Shown: positions 39,660-52,800 of the stretch, piece after piece | Position numbering within the stretch: position 1 is the first letter of the stretch | Layout of the letters: each line of letters begins with the position of its first letter | Source: Glycera tridactyla | Taxonomy: Eukaryota | Direction of reading: 5' to 3' | DNA: 64,000 bases | Assembly (NCBI GenBank): GCA_965644265.1 | Contig: OZ286475.1 | Coordinates: 23,250,001 to 23,314,000, forward strand | Translations under genes and position numbers: made by a program | Notes under the pieces: generated by a model | What the model was told of the DNA's origin: nothing | The model's database searches: none | The model's input: the letters and a program-made list of their open reading frames with translations, nothing else

Positions 39660-42439
39660 GTAACATTTTAACCTGTCTAGGAAGACCGCCCTTGGGAACA
39701 TACAGTCAAACCTCTCTATAAAGACCACAAGCGGCCTTCATTGGGAGTCGGTCTTGATAGAGAGATCATTCACCATTGAAATCACTACCACAGTCGCAGC
39801 TCAGGGTGGCCTTTATAGAGAGGTGGTCTTTTTAGAGAGGTGGTCCTCAAAGGAGGTGTTACTGTATAGAAGTGGATTTGGTAGTCAAGTGGCCAGGATA
39901 GTACTTTTACAAGAGCTTTTACAAGACCTTGCTATATAGCTCACTTTTGCATCATAGCCTCAGATTTTCTGGCTGGTAGATTGGCTCCTGTGGCCCAATA
40001 ACTAGAAATATTAAGGGCCATATCTCCAGATGATAGGCAATCTCTTGTATATCCATGATTAACAGTAGTAGAGAAGTTGGGCCTGCTGACCCATTGTAAG
40101 ATATATTGGTTGGTCGAAAAGGTAAAAACAGATGGCCCAGGCCCACCAAGTTCTGTATCATGTGTGACCAGAGATGGTCCATTTAGCTGAGTTTAAATAG
40201 ATGGTTTGTGAATTTTACTGATACAGTTGAACCTCCGTGAAAGACCACCTCTCTATATAAAGACCAGCCTGAGCTGCGACTGGTAGTATTTTCAATAGTA
40301 AATGACCTCCCAATAAAGACCACTTTTTTCATGCAATTGAATGCAGTCTTTATAGAGAGGTTGGACTGTAATTGGTTAAACAGAAGTCGCAGTGCCTCAC
40401 ACACTCTGATGATGTGTTTCAATATAGCACATTCATGGTGCCCATGAGGTGTTAAGCAACCACCTAAACAAATTGGTTCAGCAGCTACCCATATTATCCT
40501 GGCACATCCCATGTTTTCATAGTAACTGCATAGAGAGCGTAATTACATGGATGTGTGTAACGTGTAACCGAGGAGATGTGGGGGTAACCGGGGGTAACCG
40601 ATCCCTCCTCGGGTTACATCATCCCGAGTAACATACTCGTGTGGTCATGTTAGATTTGGCTCATTCGTTGCTGACCAGTAATGTAGGAAGGCTGAAGGTC
40701 GGGTCTGATGTAACACAAATAGCCGCAACCCTTTATTGTAGTGATGGGAATCGATTGGCGGCTTTACAATCAATGAATGAATGGTCGAGGTAAACCCTGT
40801 GATGATTGATTACATTTGGTAGTAGTTCGCTGGAAATAGTTTGGTAACGCTTTTTGAATGCTTTGTCGCTGCAAGAACAACATTTCATGTAGCAAGTTTG
40901 GCTGAGGCAGTGATAAGATTTCAGCCAAATTATTTATGCTTTAGCCAAAAGTATCGTAAGATGACTTCAATTTTGCATTCTCTATCTATTCATTTATTTA
41001 ATCTGACTTGGGATGATGAGAAGCCCAAAGCCACGTAATCATGTGCCAAAAGTAATCATGTACCTTTTGGCACGGCATATACAAAGAACTATTACAGAGC
41101 TTCTGCATATGTTATCAATTAGAGGTGGGACGATTTTTTAAATATCAATCGTTTAGAAAAGAAAGAATTGTTTCAAAACAGGGTAGAGTGTTTCGAAATC
41201 CAACAAAACATGGCTGATGAGTATGCACAAATACCAATAAATAAGATCAATGATTATGAAGAAACTAGGCATGTATGCCGGAAAAAAGGATGCCTGGTAA
41301 CACACATCTCCTCTGCTGGTGATTGTGAGAGAAATTAATTTGAATATTCTGCCATTCAAGTGGGCGTCACATTTATCCAGTCCATCAGCTGCTCACTGTG
41401 TCGAAATGGCTTGGATAGGGATATCTCACTCTCAAAACCCAATCATTAAACATGTGAATTTCACTTATGAATCACTAAATCATACAATCAAATGCTTTAA
41501 TGCCTCCCAAGATTAAAATGCTTCAACATATACCCACGATGCACAATTAAACATCGGTTCAACATGAAATAAAGTAAAATAAGATAAAAGGTAGAGAGTA
41601 TTCATATCATTAGCAGTATCAAACCTGATAGAGAGTCAACATTGATCATGAACTGTCGGGGAATTCCTAGAAGCAGGAGCCATTTTCATGAAAAGTAGAC
41701 TCATAAAGAGCTTTCCAAGTGATCCATACAAAGCAGACATGCCTTTACAACACCCATGGCAAGTTACATGGGAATCAGAGCAGTTTATAACCATCTATTG
41801 GCATACCCAAAAACTGTTAAAATTTGTGCCATTTTTTGTCATCTAAACTGCAGTCCCAAGTGGCAGTGGTAAGAAGAAAGATTCCTGCAAGGCAGGCACC
41901 CTTAAAAATCCAGTTGCATACTTGTGAACACCAATCAAGTTGCAGTCAGTTGCGACTAATCTCCTCAAGAATACCATGATAGAAACTTATATCTTGTCTT
42001 CCATCACCTGATCCAACATTGATAGGATGGAAATATACGTCCTGTTTAGAGAAAACCTGTGGCTGAGAGTGTGAATGATGGTGATTCGGTGAACTTTTTA
42101 TTGGACATGTCTACAGGTCGTATGGTGTTTTGTTTCGTCATTCATTTCGTGAGGTGTGTTTCTATAAACGGTGCTTCATCCCAGCCCAATAATCAATAAT
42201 CTGTTTGATGGTACTGTATGCGGTTTTGTGTATTGTTTTTGTTTTGTTTTTAATGTTGTGGTAAATTCTATCCTTAGAAGCACCAGCTTATAGTGTTGGC
42301 AATCGGTTGCATTTTGAGAATGAACCAATAGATCATCAATTATAATCGGTTTGCAACACTAGCACCACAACCACTATCTTGTTTCACAATTTTTCTGTCT
42401 CCCGAATCATACATTTACACAGGTGTAGGCAGAGCAGTT

Positions 42440-42665
42440 TCCTAGGGTATAGGGCTTGTTTTGGGTGGAGCAAGATGACAGCATTTTGACTTCACTGGAA
42501 ATCCATAGCTTTTTTCATCAAAAAGGCTGGATTTTCCATTGAAATATATGTGTGCTGACTGTATTCCGATTGAATCGATTCCACATCTCTGCAATCGATT
42601 GTCTATTTGGCTACCAAGATCGATTGATAATCGGGAAATAATCGATAATCGTGACACCACTACCA
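42440..42665. mobile_element. hAT-like MITE remnant with ATCGAT-rich subterminal repeats
   Basis: Ends GATAATCGATAATCGTGACACCACTA; homologous to 48195-48392. Confidence 0.65.
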
Positions 42666-43217
42666 GCTTATATCAGATCACTTGGAAATATAGACTGAGT
42701 ATAACTTTAGTATGGCCACCTCACAAATGCAATCAACTGTCAAAATTAAAGAATACAGAATTGGCTTTGGATAATTAGAACAGCAAATGAGAGCTTGTGA
42801 TGCTGTCTGTGTGGTACAGTATGATTCCTCAGCAAGTTAGCACCAGAGGTTAGCATCTGGTTTGAATTGGCAGATCTCTGGCATCATCCCCCCCCCCCCC
42901 CCCCCCCCCCTAACCATTCACCATCACTGCCAACTCAGATACCCACTTTTCATAGCTGCTCCCTCAAGACCGTGGTATAATGAACTCATTCCCAGAAATC
43001 TGAATGTCATTTCCTAGTTTTAAGTTTAGGAGAGTGATCCCCATAAAGATGTCCAATGGGTTGCTCCCTAAATCACATTTCCCATTGGTGACAAAGAACT
43101 GGGTTGAAAATGTACAAAAAATAACCACATATTGAAGCTTTCTTCACTTGAATGTGGACCACAGTTTTTTTTCTTTCTTCTTTTTTCTTCTTTTTTTTGT
43201 GTAAATGTTGACCATAG

Positions 43218-43283
43218 TTGACTACCGCCGAGATCCTCAGGGAGGAGGACTCTGCTGTGGTTTTCGGTCTCTTACACCAAAAT
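43218..43283 (+). CDS. Candidate 66-nt internal exon (LTTAEILREEDSAVVFGLLHQN); product unknown
   Basis: Long T/C tract at ~43165-43198, then gttgaccatag|; donor AAT|GTGGGT; length divisible by 3; open frame. Confidence 0.3.
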
Positions 43284-45618
43284 GTGGGTGCCCTACTCAG
43301 AGGTCTTCATTCAACCCTCTTGAAGAACCCAACATTTGGCATGGGCATTAGACACATTTGATGTCAATTGATTGAATTTATTTTTGTTTCCTGTGCATCA
43401 TGTCACTGGTCTGAAGTGAGTNNNNNNNNNNNNNNNNNNNNNNNNNNNNNNNNNNNNNNNNNNNNNNNNNNNNNNNNNNNNNNNNNNNNNNNNNNNNNNN
43501 NNNNNNNNNNNNNNNNNNNNNNNNNNNNNNNNNNNNNNNNNNNNNNNNNNNNNNNNNNNNNNNGAGAGACTACCACACACACACACACACACACACACTC
43601 TCTCTCTCTCTCTCTCTCTCACAAACACACACACACTCACACACCCTCTAAGTTGAGCACGGTGCTGATAATGACATTGATATTAAATATGGCTGCAGTG
43701 GGCCTGCACCTCGGAGCAGTGGGGGCACCGAGGCCACCGGAGACTTGCTAATGTTGAATTTCATTATTAGTTATTGCATCTGGGGGATCGTGCCCTCCAT
43801 TTGCCATTAACCCTTCACCAGAAATACACGATGGGGTGATCAGAAATGTGCTTCATGTTTTACTTGAGGGACAATGAGGTTTCATCACACAGATGAAAAT
43901 AATTCACTATCAAATTCATCATGTAATTGCAGCGGAAAAGTGTGTGATTTGAAACATCATGGATAGACTCAATGGACTGGCTCATAGGGAAAAGGAATGT
44001 AGAGATGCCAAACACCATGATTTCTGAGTAGCGACTAATCCTTTCATTTTATGGGTGATGCGACTGCATAATCAAGATCTTTTCACTGAATGAAAATATG
44101 TTTCAGGCTTCACCAATTGGAATGTACAAATCTAACCATCTTCAGTGGTGTGATCGTTCCGTGGATCTGTAGATTCTTATGTTTCCATCTTAATGCAGCA
44201 AGCCATGCTTATGACAGAATAGAGCATTTTATACTGATTATTCTGGATTTTAGATCATGGAAATTGGACCAGAATTAGTGGAGATAGAGCACAGACTTTG
44301 TATGGAGTTAGAATAAGCTTTACGTAGCAGTTGTAGGGGTTTCCTGGTCCACAAAATATTGGCGAAAAGCACCTCCAGTCAGGTTTTCAGGGTTTTTAGT
44401 TGTTAGCCAATTAAATCTTTGCATCTTCCATTGCATCGAAATGTCACAAAAATTTCTCTCATTATCCCATTGTAAATACTGACTGTGCTACTGTTTGAAA
44501 TTGGCAGTACGACTGTCTTTGTTCTGTAAAGTTTGACATCTGTGTGGAGATGAGAAGGTCAAGAGAGAAGCTGTAATACATCTAGTTGCCATGGCGATCA
44601 GAGAGGCTGGAAGATGGCTCCGATATTGATGGCAGAATACAAGTGGCAAACTGAAAGGCAACATGGCGTCTTTCATTGTTGTCAACATCACTGGGATAAT
44701 ATTGACTGTCAGTTTTAACTGAATTAGCCCGGCCTACTCTCCTCCTGATCTCTCCCATTCAATGTAACAAGCTTCGGAAACATAATTACATGATCCTGGA
44801 AATACTGGCAACCATCTTTCTTTTCCCCCTCCAACACAGTTCCCCCTCCATACTTCCACTCCCTCTCTCTCTCACTCCATTTCCCTCTGTTTCTTTCTGC
44901 CTACTCTGTTTCACTCTGTCTGTCTGTCAGCTTGCCCCCCCCCCCTTGACTCTCTATTGAAATCCAAAATCCAAAAGTTGGTGGAATTGGGCTAAAGTTT
45001 CAAATCTGGTCCTGTTGGAAGTGCTGTAGTACCTCTCTATAAAGACTGCCTTCAGTCACATAAAAAAGTAGCCTTTATAGGGAGGTGGTCTTTATAGAGA
45101 GGTCATTTATTGTTGATAATACCACCATGGTCACAGCTCAGGGTGGCCTTTATAGAGAGATGGTCTCTGGAGGAGGTTCGAATGTATATAGGGATATTTT
45201 TGGAGGTAAGAATTCACGGTACTCACTGTGGAATGTTTCTGGCGCGGAAGCTTTCGGAATGCATAGGGATAGTTTCCGAAAATGCGGTTGGGATTCTGGA
45301 AATTCTGTTTTGAGTGCATTGGCATCACTGTCAGTAGAATTGGCCGCACATCAAAATACATCATAAGCAGCAAAGGGTTAATGGGTTCTGTTGGCTCATA
45401 CCAGNNNNNNNNNNNNNNNNNNNNNNNNNNNNNNNNNNNNNNNNNNNNNNNNNNNNNNNNNNNNNNNNNNNNNNNNNNNNNNNNNNNNNNNNNNNNNNNN
45501 NNNNNNNNNNNNNNNNNNNNNNNNNNNNNNNNNNNNNNNNNNNNNNNNNNNNNNNNNNNNNNNNNNNNNNNNNNNNNNNNNNNNNNNNNNNNNNNNNNNN
45601 NNNNNNNNNNNNNNNNNA

Positions 45619-45690
45619 GTCAGCTAATGTGTCAATACCATATACGTTGACGGGCCAGAAATCCATCTTTGATGCTGAGTGTAATAACCG
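45619..45690 (+). CDS. Possible 3' part of an exon (SANVSIPYTLTGQKSIFDAECNN); 5' end lost in the gap
   Basis: Only one of three frames is open up to the donor CCG|GTGAGA. Confidence 0.2.
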
Positions 45691-46143
45691 GTGAGAACGG
45701 CTGTATGTGTGCTTCAACTTGCCAACAACACTCTTACACATCGATCTATGCAGGGATGACTAGGCCTGTTGGTCATCTCGCCACCATCAACTGGAAATAC
45801 CAGATTCTGCCATTCTGGCTGAAAAGGCCAGTTATCCATGCATTGTGCATCTTAATAGTTATTTGTGGTGAAATTGCAGCTCAAATTTGAAGACTGGGAG
45901 GGAATCAGTAGGCTTTTCCAATTGCAGCCACCACTCACCAAACTGGAACATAATTGAAAATTTCTGAGGCTCAGCATTGCTACCCATGGGTGGCCAATGG
46001 AAACCAAATTTACCCTCTGCTTATCATATTTTAAAAGTTTCAAAATGAAATTTCAAAAGATTGGTGAATAGTTCCGTCGGGTTGGAATCAAATGATGATT
46101 AATGTAGACATCTTTTCACAACCAAGATGAACGCTTACCGTTT

Positions 46144-46182
46144 GTTGACGTTTCAGCTGTCATCGGCAGCCATCTTCAGAAC
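46144..46182 (-). ncRNA. Minimal type I hammerhead ribozyme motif, Penelope-like-element type
   Basis: Minus strand GUU-CUGAAGA-U-GGCUG[CCGAUGA]CAGCU-GAAAC-GUC-AAC: core boxes, 5-bp stem II, palindromic ACGU stem III, 3-bp stem I. Confidence 0.6.
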
Positions 46183-46326
46183 TGTATCCCGTTGTAATTA
46201 ACAATGTATGGACTGGCTATCAATATTTAGCGATTGCTACCAAAAATATCAACTTAGCGGCCAGATGGCTCCTGAATATTTAGAGCTCTGTCCATTGTCA
46301 ATGAAAGCTAGATCTTCCGTCTCCAG

Positions 46327-46467
46327 CCAGCATCACTTACACAAACCCTGAACACAATATGTCGGGGAACCTAAAAGGTTGTCAAGTGGAGGTAGCTGAC
46401 ACACCTTTACCTATCTTACATGAACATATTGAACCTAATGATGCAAATTACATGATACATTCTATTA
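46327..46467 (+). CDS. Candidate coding exon (SITYTNPEHNMSGNLKGCQVEVADTPLPILHEHIEPNDANY...), inverted paralog of 16623-16771
   Basis: Acceptor atcttccgtctccag|, open frame, possible donor TTA|GTGGGT; codon-level conservation with the minus copy. Confidence 0.4.
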
Positions 46468-46791
46468 GTGGGTCAATAATTAGAATTGAAGACAGAGCAG
46501 CATACCTGCCTTCTTCACGTATCTGTGACGGTCATGAAACCAATTTACGTGGAGTCGACATTTCATTGGGTCCATTCATCTAATCCTCTGACATTATTGG
46601 TCATGAATACGGCATGAAAGTTTTTATTTCAACAATCCGTTAGTAGAACAAGCCAGTGTCCCATCAGACAAATCATGTTACGATGCTCAGACAGCCTCCC
46701 ATGTAAATATTGTGGGACATTAAAACATTTGATGGTCTGGGATTGAAAATTTGGGAGAAAATTGTTGAGACCACTTTTTTTCCATGAATGC

Positions 46792-47380
46792 ATACCGTAA
46801 ATGACCTAATAATGGCCCATGCTCAAATAAACGCCCACCCCCCAAATTTCAGCAAATCGCCGGTCACGGCAAAGTTCCTTTTAATCGCCCAGTCTGCGAA
46901 TATTGCGAATACCAGCGACGGTCATCATTGAAATATGACATTTCAAACATGGAGAGGGGCCAATCGACACATGATCAGTCAGTCTCATCTCATGCAATTA
47001 GCGACGAGCCCAGCGATAGAACAAAGAAAACCGTGTTGACAACTGTTAGAGAAGCCAATTCGCTGCTTACCCCAGATATTGTTATCTCGCTCGCGCTTCA
47101 TACCCCAATGATTCATACTGTATATCCATGATGAGGAGGTTCCCGGCAATAAAAACACGTGTCAATGCCGAATAAACATGCATTTCGTGATGAGAACGAA
47201 AAACCGGCTTCTTTAATAGCGATTCGAGCGCCATTGTTGTTTTCCATTCCTGGTGCAATTTCCCAATGCAAAAACGAAGATGCTTCTACCAGATTTTTAC
47301 CTGACAGTCTCCAACGATTCAGCTATAAAAAATTTGCCCCCCCCCCCCCAAACTAAATCTGGAAAGATGGCAGTCGATTC
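46792..47380. mobile_element. Probable pogo/Tc1-type element fragment
   Basis: Starts TA|CCGTAAATGACCTAATAATGGCCCATGCTCAAATAAACGCCCACCC, resembling pogo-type termini; CpG-rich interior; no right TIR found. Confidence 0.4.
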
Positions 47381-49320
47381 TAGCACACTCGTTGAATCTT
47401 TTTGATCACAAAGGTGGTGCTTGACAAATCTCCATTATGATGCGATGGCAGTTCATTATTTGTTGGTAGCAAGATGAAATGAATCAAGATTGAATATGCT
47501 CCTTTTCTAGCATCTGCAGTATCTAACATAAGCATTTTCACCATCACATGGTTGTGAAATTTTCAGTGAAGAAGCGGGTGTTGGGTATTGCATGTGATAC
47601 ATCACAGCTGAGTGAGAACTACTTTTTGATGATTTCTCGCCTAATCCATGCGATAAAAGCAAAAATATATGGCCATGAGGTAAAAACAGCCTTACATTCT
47701 TGCTATGTTATCTGGCCCATACTTATTGCGATCTGTTATGAGAACTAACATAATCATGTCAAGAACCAACCAACCACAATTGGATGTGCAATACAGAATT
47801 GCAACTCCATGTGGGGCACTGCAGGAGGGGATTGATTGATTGAGCAAGGCTTAACTTCCCTTCAACCCAGCTAGGATTTTTCCCTGTGTCTACGGAGACC
47901 ACTTTTTTGTGAACATAGTCTGTTCTTTTAGACAGATTGGATTGTTGGTTGTTGATTTCTAATCCAATTAGATGTTGAACAACGGGATGTGGCAGATGGT
48001 TGAGGGTGGCTGGCACAATCGGCAGCGTCATATGACGTAATCTGCCTCACTCTGGTGCTATCAGCAGCCATGCAGCCTGCAGCTCATTTGTTTCCTGTCT
48101 CATTTATCTAAAACAAGATCCCAGATATTCCCCATCACCTGGTCACAGTTATAACTCTGGACACAAAGTTTTGCTCATAGCTTCCACTGACTATAGATGT
48201 CAACATTTTGACCTATTAAGAAATCCATAGCTTTTTTCATAAAAAATGCTTGGTTTTCCATTCAAATATATATGCTGACTGTGTGTGTTCTGATTAAATT
48301 TATTCCACATTTCTGCAATCTTGTCTATTTGGCCAGCAAGATCGATCGATAAACGAGTATACTCGATAATCGATAATCGTGGCACCACTACCATGCAGTG
48401 GGTTACACAACAGTTCCAGGGGAGTTTCAAATCTGGAGTTCACAGAAGTACAGTAAAATCTGCTATAGTGAAATTCTGTCTACAGCAAAAAGAAAAATCT
48501 GGCCCGAACTTTTTTTTTCTCACTATAATTGACCTGTATATAGTGAAATCCTGTCTACAGTGAAAAGAAAAATCTGGCCCGTGACTTTTCACTTTAGACA
48601 GGTTTTACTGTATATTGGGGATAGTTTCAGGAAATTTATTTGCAGTCACTGATCAACCATAGCTGATTTTTCAAGATGATAGCTATCACAAATTCAGAAT
48701 CCACTAGATTTGTATACAACATTTGGGAATTTGTGAAGTTCAAGAAAAATATGAGATTGAACATATGGGTGTGTATGACAATTGTATGACATTCCAGAAA
48801 GGACAGCATGCTTTTAATCAGTGTAATAATATCACTATTCCTGTAATGAGGTACAAAGAAGAGTACGAAGAATGCACTACATTCATGTAACACAAGATCA
48901 TATATAGTCCCTCCACATGAAATCCAGCTGGTTTGTTGTACAACATGATCTCAGATGACACTATCACAGATATATGTGGTGCCAATGTCATCTAACGTTA
49001 CACATCATTACAAAACATTTGACATATATCGAGATATGTAAATATTGACCTACAACTGGCTGAATCATGGCATTCTTAATTGACATATCCCTAACCCTGG
49101 ATGGTTGTTACTACGGCTGGGCTAATGGCCTGGATAGCTGGATGTTCATCAGGGCTTTCGTAGACTTCCAGTAGCAGCCTTATAAAAGTACCCTTACTCA
49201 AATATGGGGCAAGTTTGTACAAGGAGTGATATTTACAGTGTAGTTTGTAGTGGTGCCTGAATCAGCGAATATTATTTCTGACTGACATTATTATAGCAAG
49301 AACCCATAGCATATTATTCC

Positions 49321-49866
49321 ATATCAGTAGCAAAATGACTGTATCGATAACAGGAAGACCCTATCAATAGCAGAAAGACCGTATCAGTAGCAGGAAGACC
49401 GTATCAGTAGCAAAATGACTGTATCGATAGCAGAAAGACCGTATCAGTAGCAGGAAGACCGTATCAATAGCAAAATGACTGTATCAATAGCAGAAAGACC
49501 GTATCAGTAGCAGGAAGACCATATCAGTAGCAGAAAGACCGTATCAGTAGCAGAAAGACTCTATTAGTAGCAGAAAGACTGTATCAGTAGCAAGAAGACC
49601 GTAGCAGTGGCAGAAAGACCATATCAGTAGCAGGAAGACCGTATCAGTAACAGGAAGACCATATCAGTAGCAGGAAGACCATATCAGTAGCAGAAAGACC
49701 GTATCGGTATCAGAAAGACTCTATTAGTAGCAGAAAGACTGTATCAGTAGCAGAAAGACCGTATCAGTAGCAGAAAGACTCTATTAGTAGCAGAAAGACT
49801 GTATCAGTAGCAAGAAGACCATAGCAGTGGCAGAAAGACCATATCAGTAGCAGGGAGACTGTATCA
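49321..49866. repeat. 20-bp minisatellite, 27 copies, with higher-order variants
   Basis: Unit GTATCAGTAGCAG(A/G)AAGACC in exact 20-bp register. Confidence 0.95.
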
Positions 49867-52800
49867 TTTTGTCACTCTTATCCACATTAGTCATAACATA
49901 AGAAATGGTAAATAATGGATTTGTCTGAACATAATTTTGGTATTGGTAGTCATTGATGCTTCAAGATGGGATCCTCACATCTTTTATGAGGGAGATGCAC
50001 GAACATGTGCAAAAATGCTTAAATGACCGGAGTGATCTACATTTGAGAGTGAAAGATCCGCCATTATTCCCAACAGTGCCTCATCCATCAACTCTGTCAT
50101 TTATCATGGAATGATTCCAAGGACTAAATGAGTTGTGCCTCATGATGACTAAACCGCGCAGTTTACGTATCCCCAAAAGTGCCATGGTTAGGTGACGGAA
50201 TTCAGTTAATGGTGTAATTCTAAAGGCTGTCCCTGAGAGCTAATGAACAGAAAAAACATGCACACTCCGGGTTACAGGCCTCTAACTTGATTTCCCACAA
50301 CTTGATGTATAAGTGACACTGCTGATGGAAGATGGGAAAGAAATGTGATTTTCTCGTCTCAGCTTTGAAAGATTCATACGCGACTTGCCTGATAGTGTGG
50401 TTGTCCTCTGTCAATCCTCGAGCTCTGGACTCTTCTGAGACAAGCAGCCTGCTTTGACCTGCGAATAGTCAAAAATGACTAGTCAAGTGTCTTCTGAATT
50501 CAAGTACTGTATTTCCCACTTCCTATTAGGAATTCCTGGGAAGGATTTTCAAATGATTGAGTTCAGGCCCACATCATGGGCATTTCATGATAGCCCAGAT
50601 GGTGCTAAGCAGAGAGAAAAATTCAACCAATCCATCAGAAGTGATGGAAAAATATTGGGAACTGATTGTGTTAGGACTGTCACCCGATGTTATGACTATT
50701 GTGATTGATCCACTAGCCTATGATCATTTGTAGGAGCTACCATTTTTAAACAGCTTGTATATATGTCAGAACCAATGTCTTATCCAGAGGGGGGCGTTGG
50801 GGCAAATGGCCCCACAGATCTGACAAAACGCCCCTTGTTTCTTGATGGAGGGGTGCATTTTGCCCTGTCAGAAAGCCCAATTGATGCATTTAAATGACAT
50901 CGTCTATTCTGTTTCCTGTGTAGTCGTTTTCACCTGGCCACACTACCAAGCTCATTCCTTCCATTGCCTGGAAAAGTCCCCCTCTTTCCAAGATAGCCCC
51001 TATTTTTTCTGAAAATGCCCCCTTTCTCGGGGGGGGGGGGGGGCATTCCCCCATTTTAAGATTGGACACTGCAGATCTGATAGTTTGTTTTGCTTCCAAA
51101 CCAGTTGAAACATGCAGTGAAACTGCACCCGAACCAAACCATGCTTTCACTGATTTCATGCACTGCAGTTATTTCCTATGATGTGAAAAACTGCTGTGTG
51201 CATGTGTGTGATGGCATTGACATTGATTATGTGGACTGGATGACTGGCGGTAGGATGTTCATTTTAACTATAGTCGTGGGCTATCATTCATAATTGGCCC
51301 ACCACCATTGAACATGTTACAAAATATCATGCTATATTGCATGTATATTGGCAATGTGGGCGTGAACTTTGCCAGATTCCGCCTTCATGCAGGATATAGT
51401 GATAGGGGAAATGGATTCGCCATCATTTATAGACACACCATAGGACATTGGAATCCAATGTTTTTGGGATATTGCCTGATTTCTGATGGTGAAGTTCCAT
51501 ATGGTGGATGTGAAAATTAATTTCATCCAAATTTGTCAGATAACTATTTTGCCTCTGAGATCAGGGGGTTAATCAGATTTACAGGGAATTTGGTTGTTGC
51601 CCACTTGCACAAGAGGGCACCCCTTTCTTAGGTCCATTTATGGATGAGTGCAAATTAGGTCCTAAATAAGGGGTGGCCTCAAGAGGGGTATATTAATCAT
51701 GATTGGATGGAATTATGTTTAAAAAACTGTTATTGAAGATGGGAAATCAATAATGAACCAGACTTAATTGAAGAGTTAAAGTAGGTTTCATAAAAGGTTC
51801 AAAGTGTTTCTCTTTCAAGGGGTTGAGTGAGAGTGTGTGGAGGGGGATGCAAGGGTTCCTCATGAGAGCTTACTGAGGAGATGGAATTATGTTCAAAAAA
51901 TAAATGTCATGAAAGATGGGAAATCAATGATGAGGCAGATTTCTTTGATGAACGAAGTTGATTTAACAAAAGGTTCAAAGGGTTTCTCTCTCGAATGGGT
52001 TGAGAGTGTGTGTTGCAGGATGCAAGGGGCTCTCGAGAGACCTTCAAGGGGGTCTCTGTAAAGGGGTTGGAGTGGATCTCTAGTGAGAGGTTGGACTGTA
52101 TTTGGGTTAATTAGAGAATTCTTGCGCCAGCCCAGCCTTCTACTGACTCACTCCATCACACAAAAAATAAATTGCCATTGATTTGTGAGCAGCAAACATT
52201 CTGCACTGTGAGGTGCTTTGATTTAATTCTGCTATTTTGGGGCGAGTTTCAGAAGCCATAATAAGTTCATGTTGATGGTGGTGAGACTTTGATGAGGTGG
52301 CGCCAGGGTGGCTGCGTGGTTGAGTGAATATGGTGGCGAGTGGACAGCCATCTATTCTGTTTAGGGGGCGGGAGGCGGGGTTGTGTGCCGGGGTTGTGTG
52401 CGGCATGCCGACTGTGGAGTGATGCATTGGTGGTGAGAGTCGGTGGGCTTCATATTGGCATTGATGTGCAAGTATGACTCAAGGATGTGCACACGCCCCC
52501 CAGCTCCCCGTCATCCACAATGCCGCCATCATCCATAATTCTCGCTACGATCCTCGGCATCCACGCCAAACGATGTGGAGCAAGTCATGATGACAAATGT
52601 GGGTGACAAGTTCAAATACAAATAAGGCAATTGCTTGGATGTAATTGCTCTGCAGATCTGTAGATTTCTGTGTTTTTGATCAGAAATATAAGAATCCAAG
52701 CATATTTCAGAATAGATGGATGTGGGTGATAAGGTCAAATACAAATAAAGCAATTGAAGGGATGCGATTGTTCCTTGGATCCACAAATTTCCGTATTTCT

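Noticed and set aside
44100-44146. Second hammerhead-like CUGAAGA...GAAAC on the minus strand
   Set aside because: No GUH cleavage triplet or stem III follows GAAAC, and stem II is poor.
50363-50440. Protein-like FERFIRDLPDSVVVLC after a strong acceptor
   Set aside because: There is no convincing donor before the in-frame stop.
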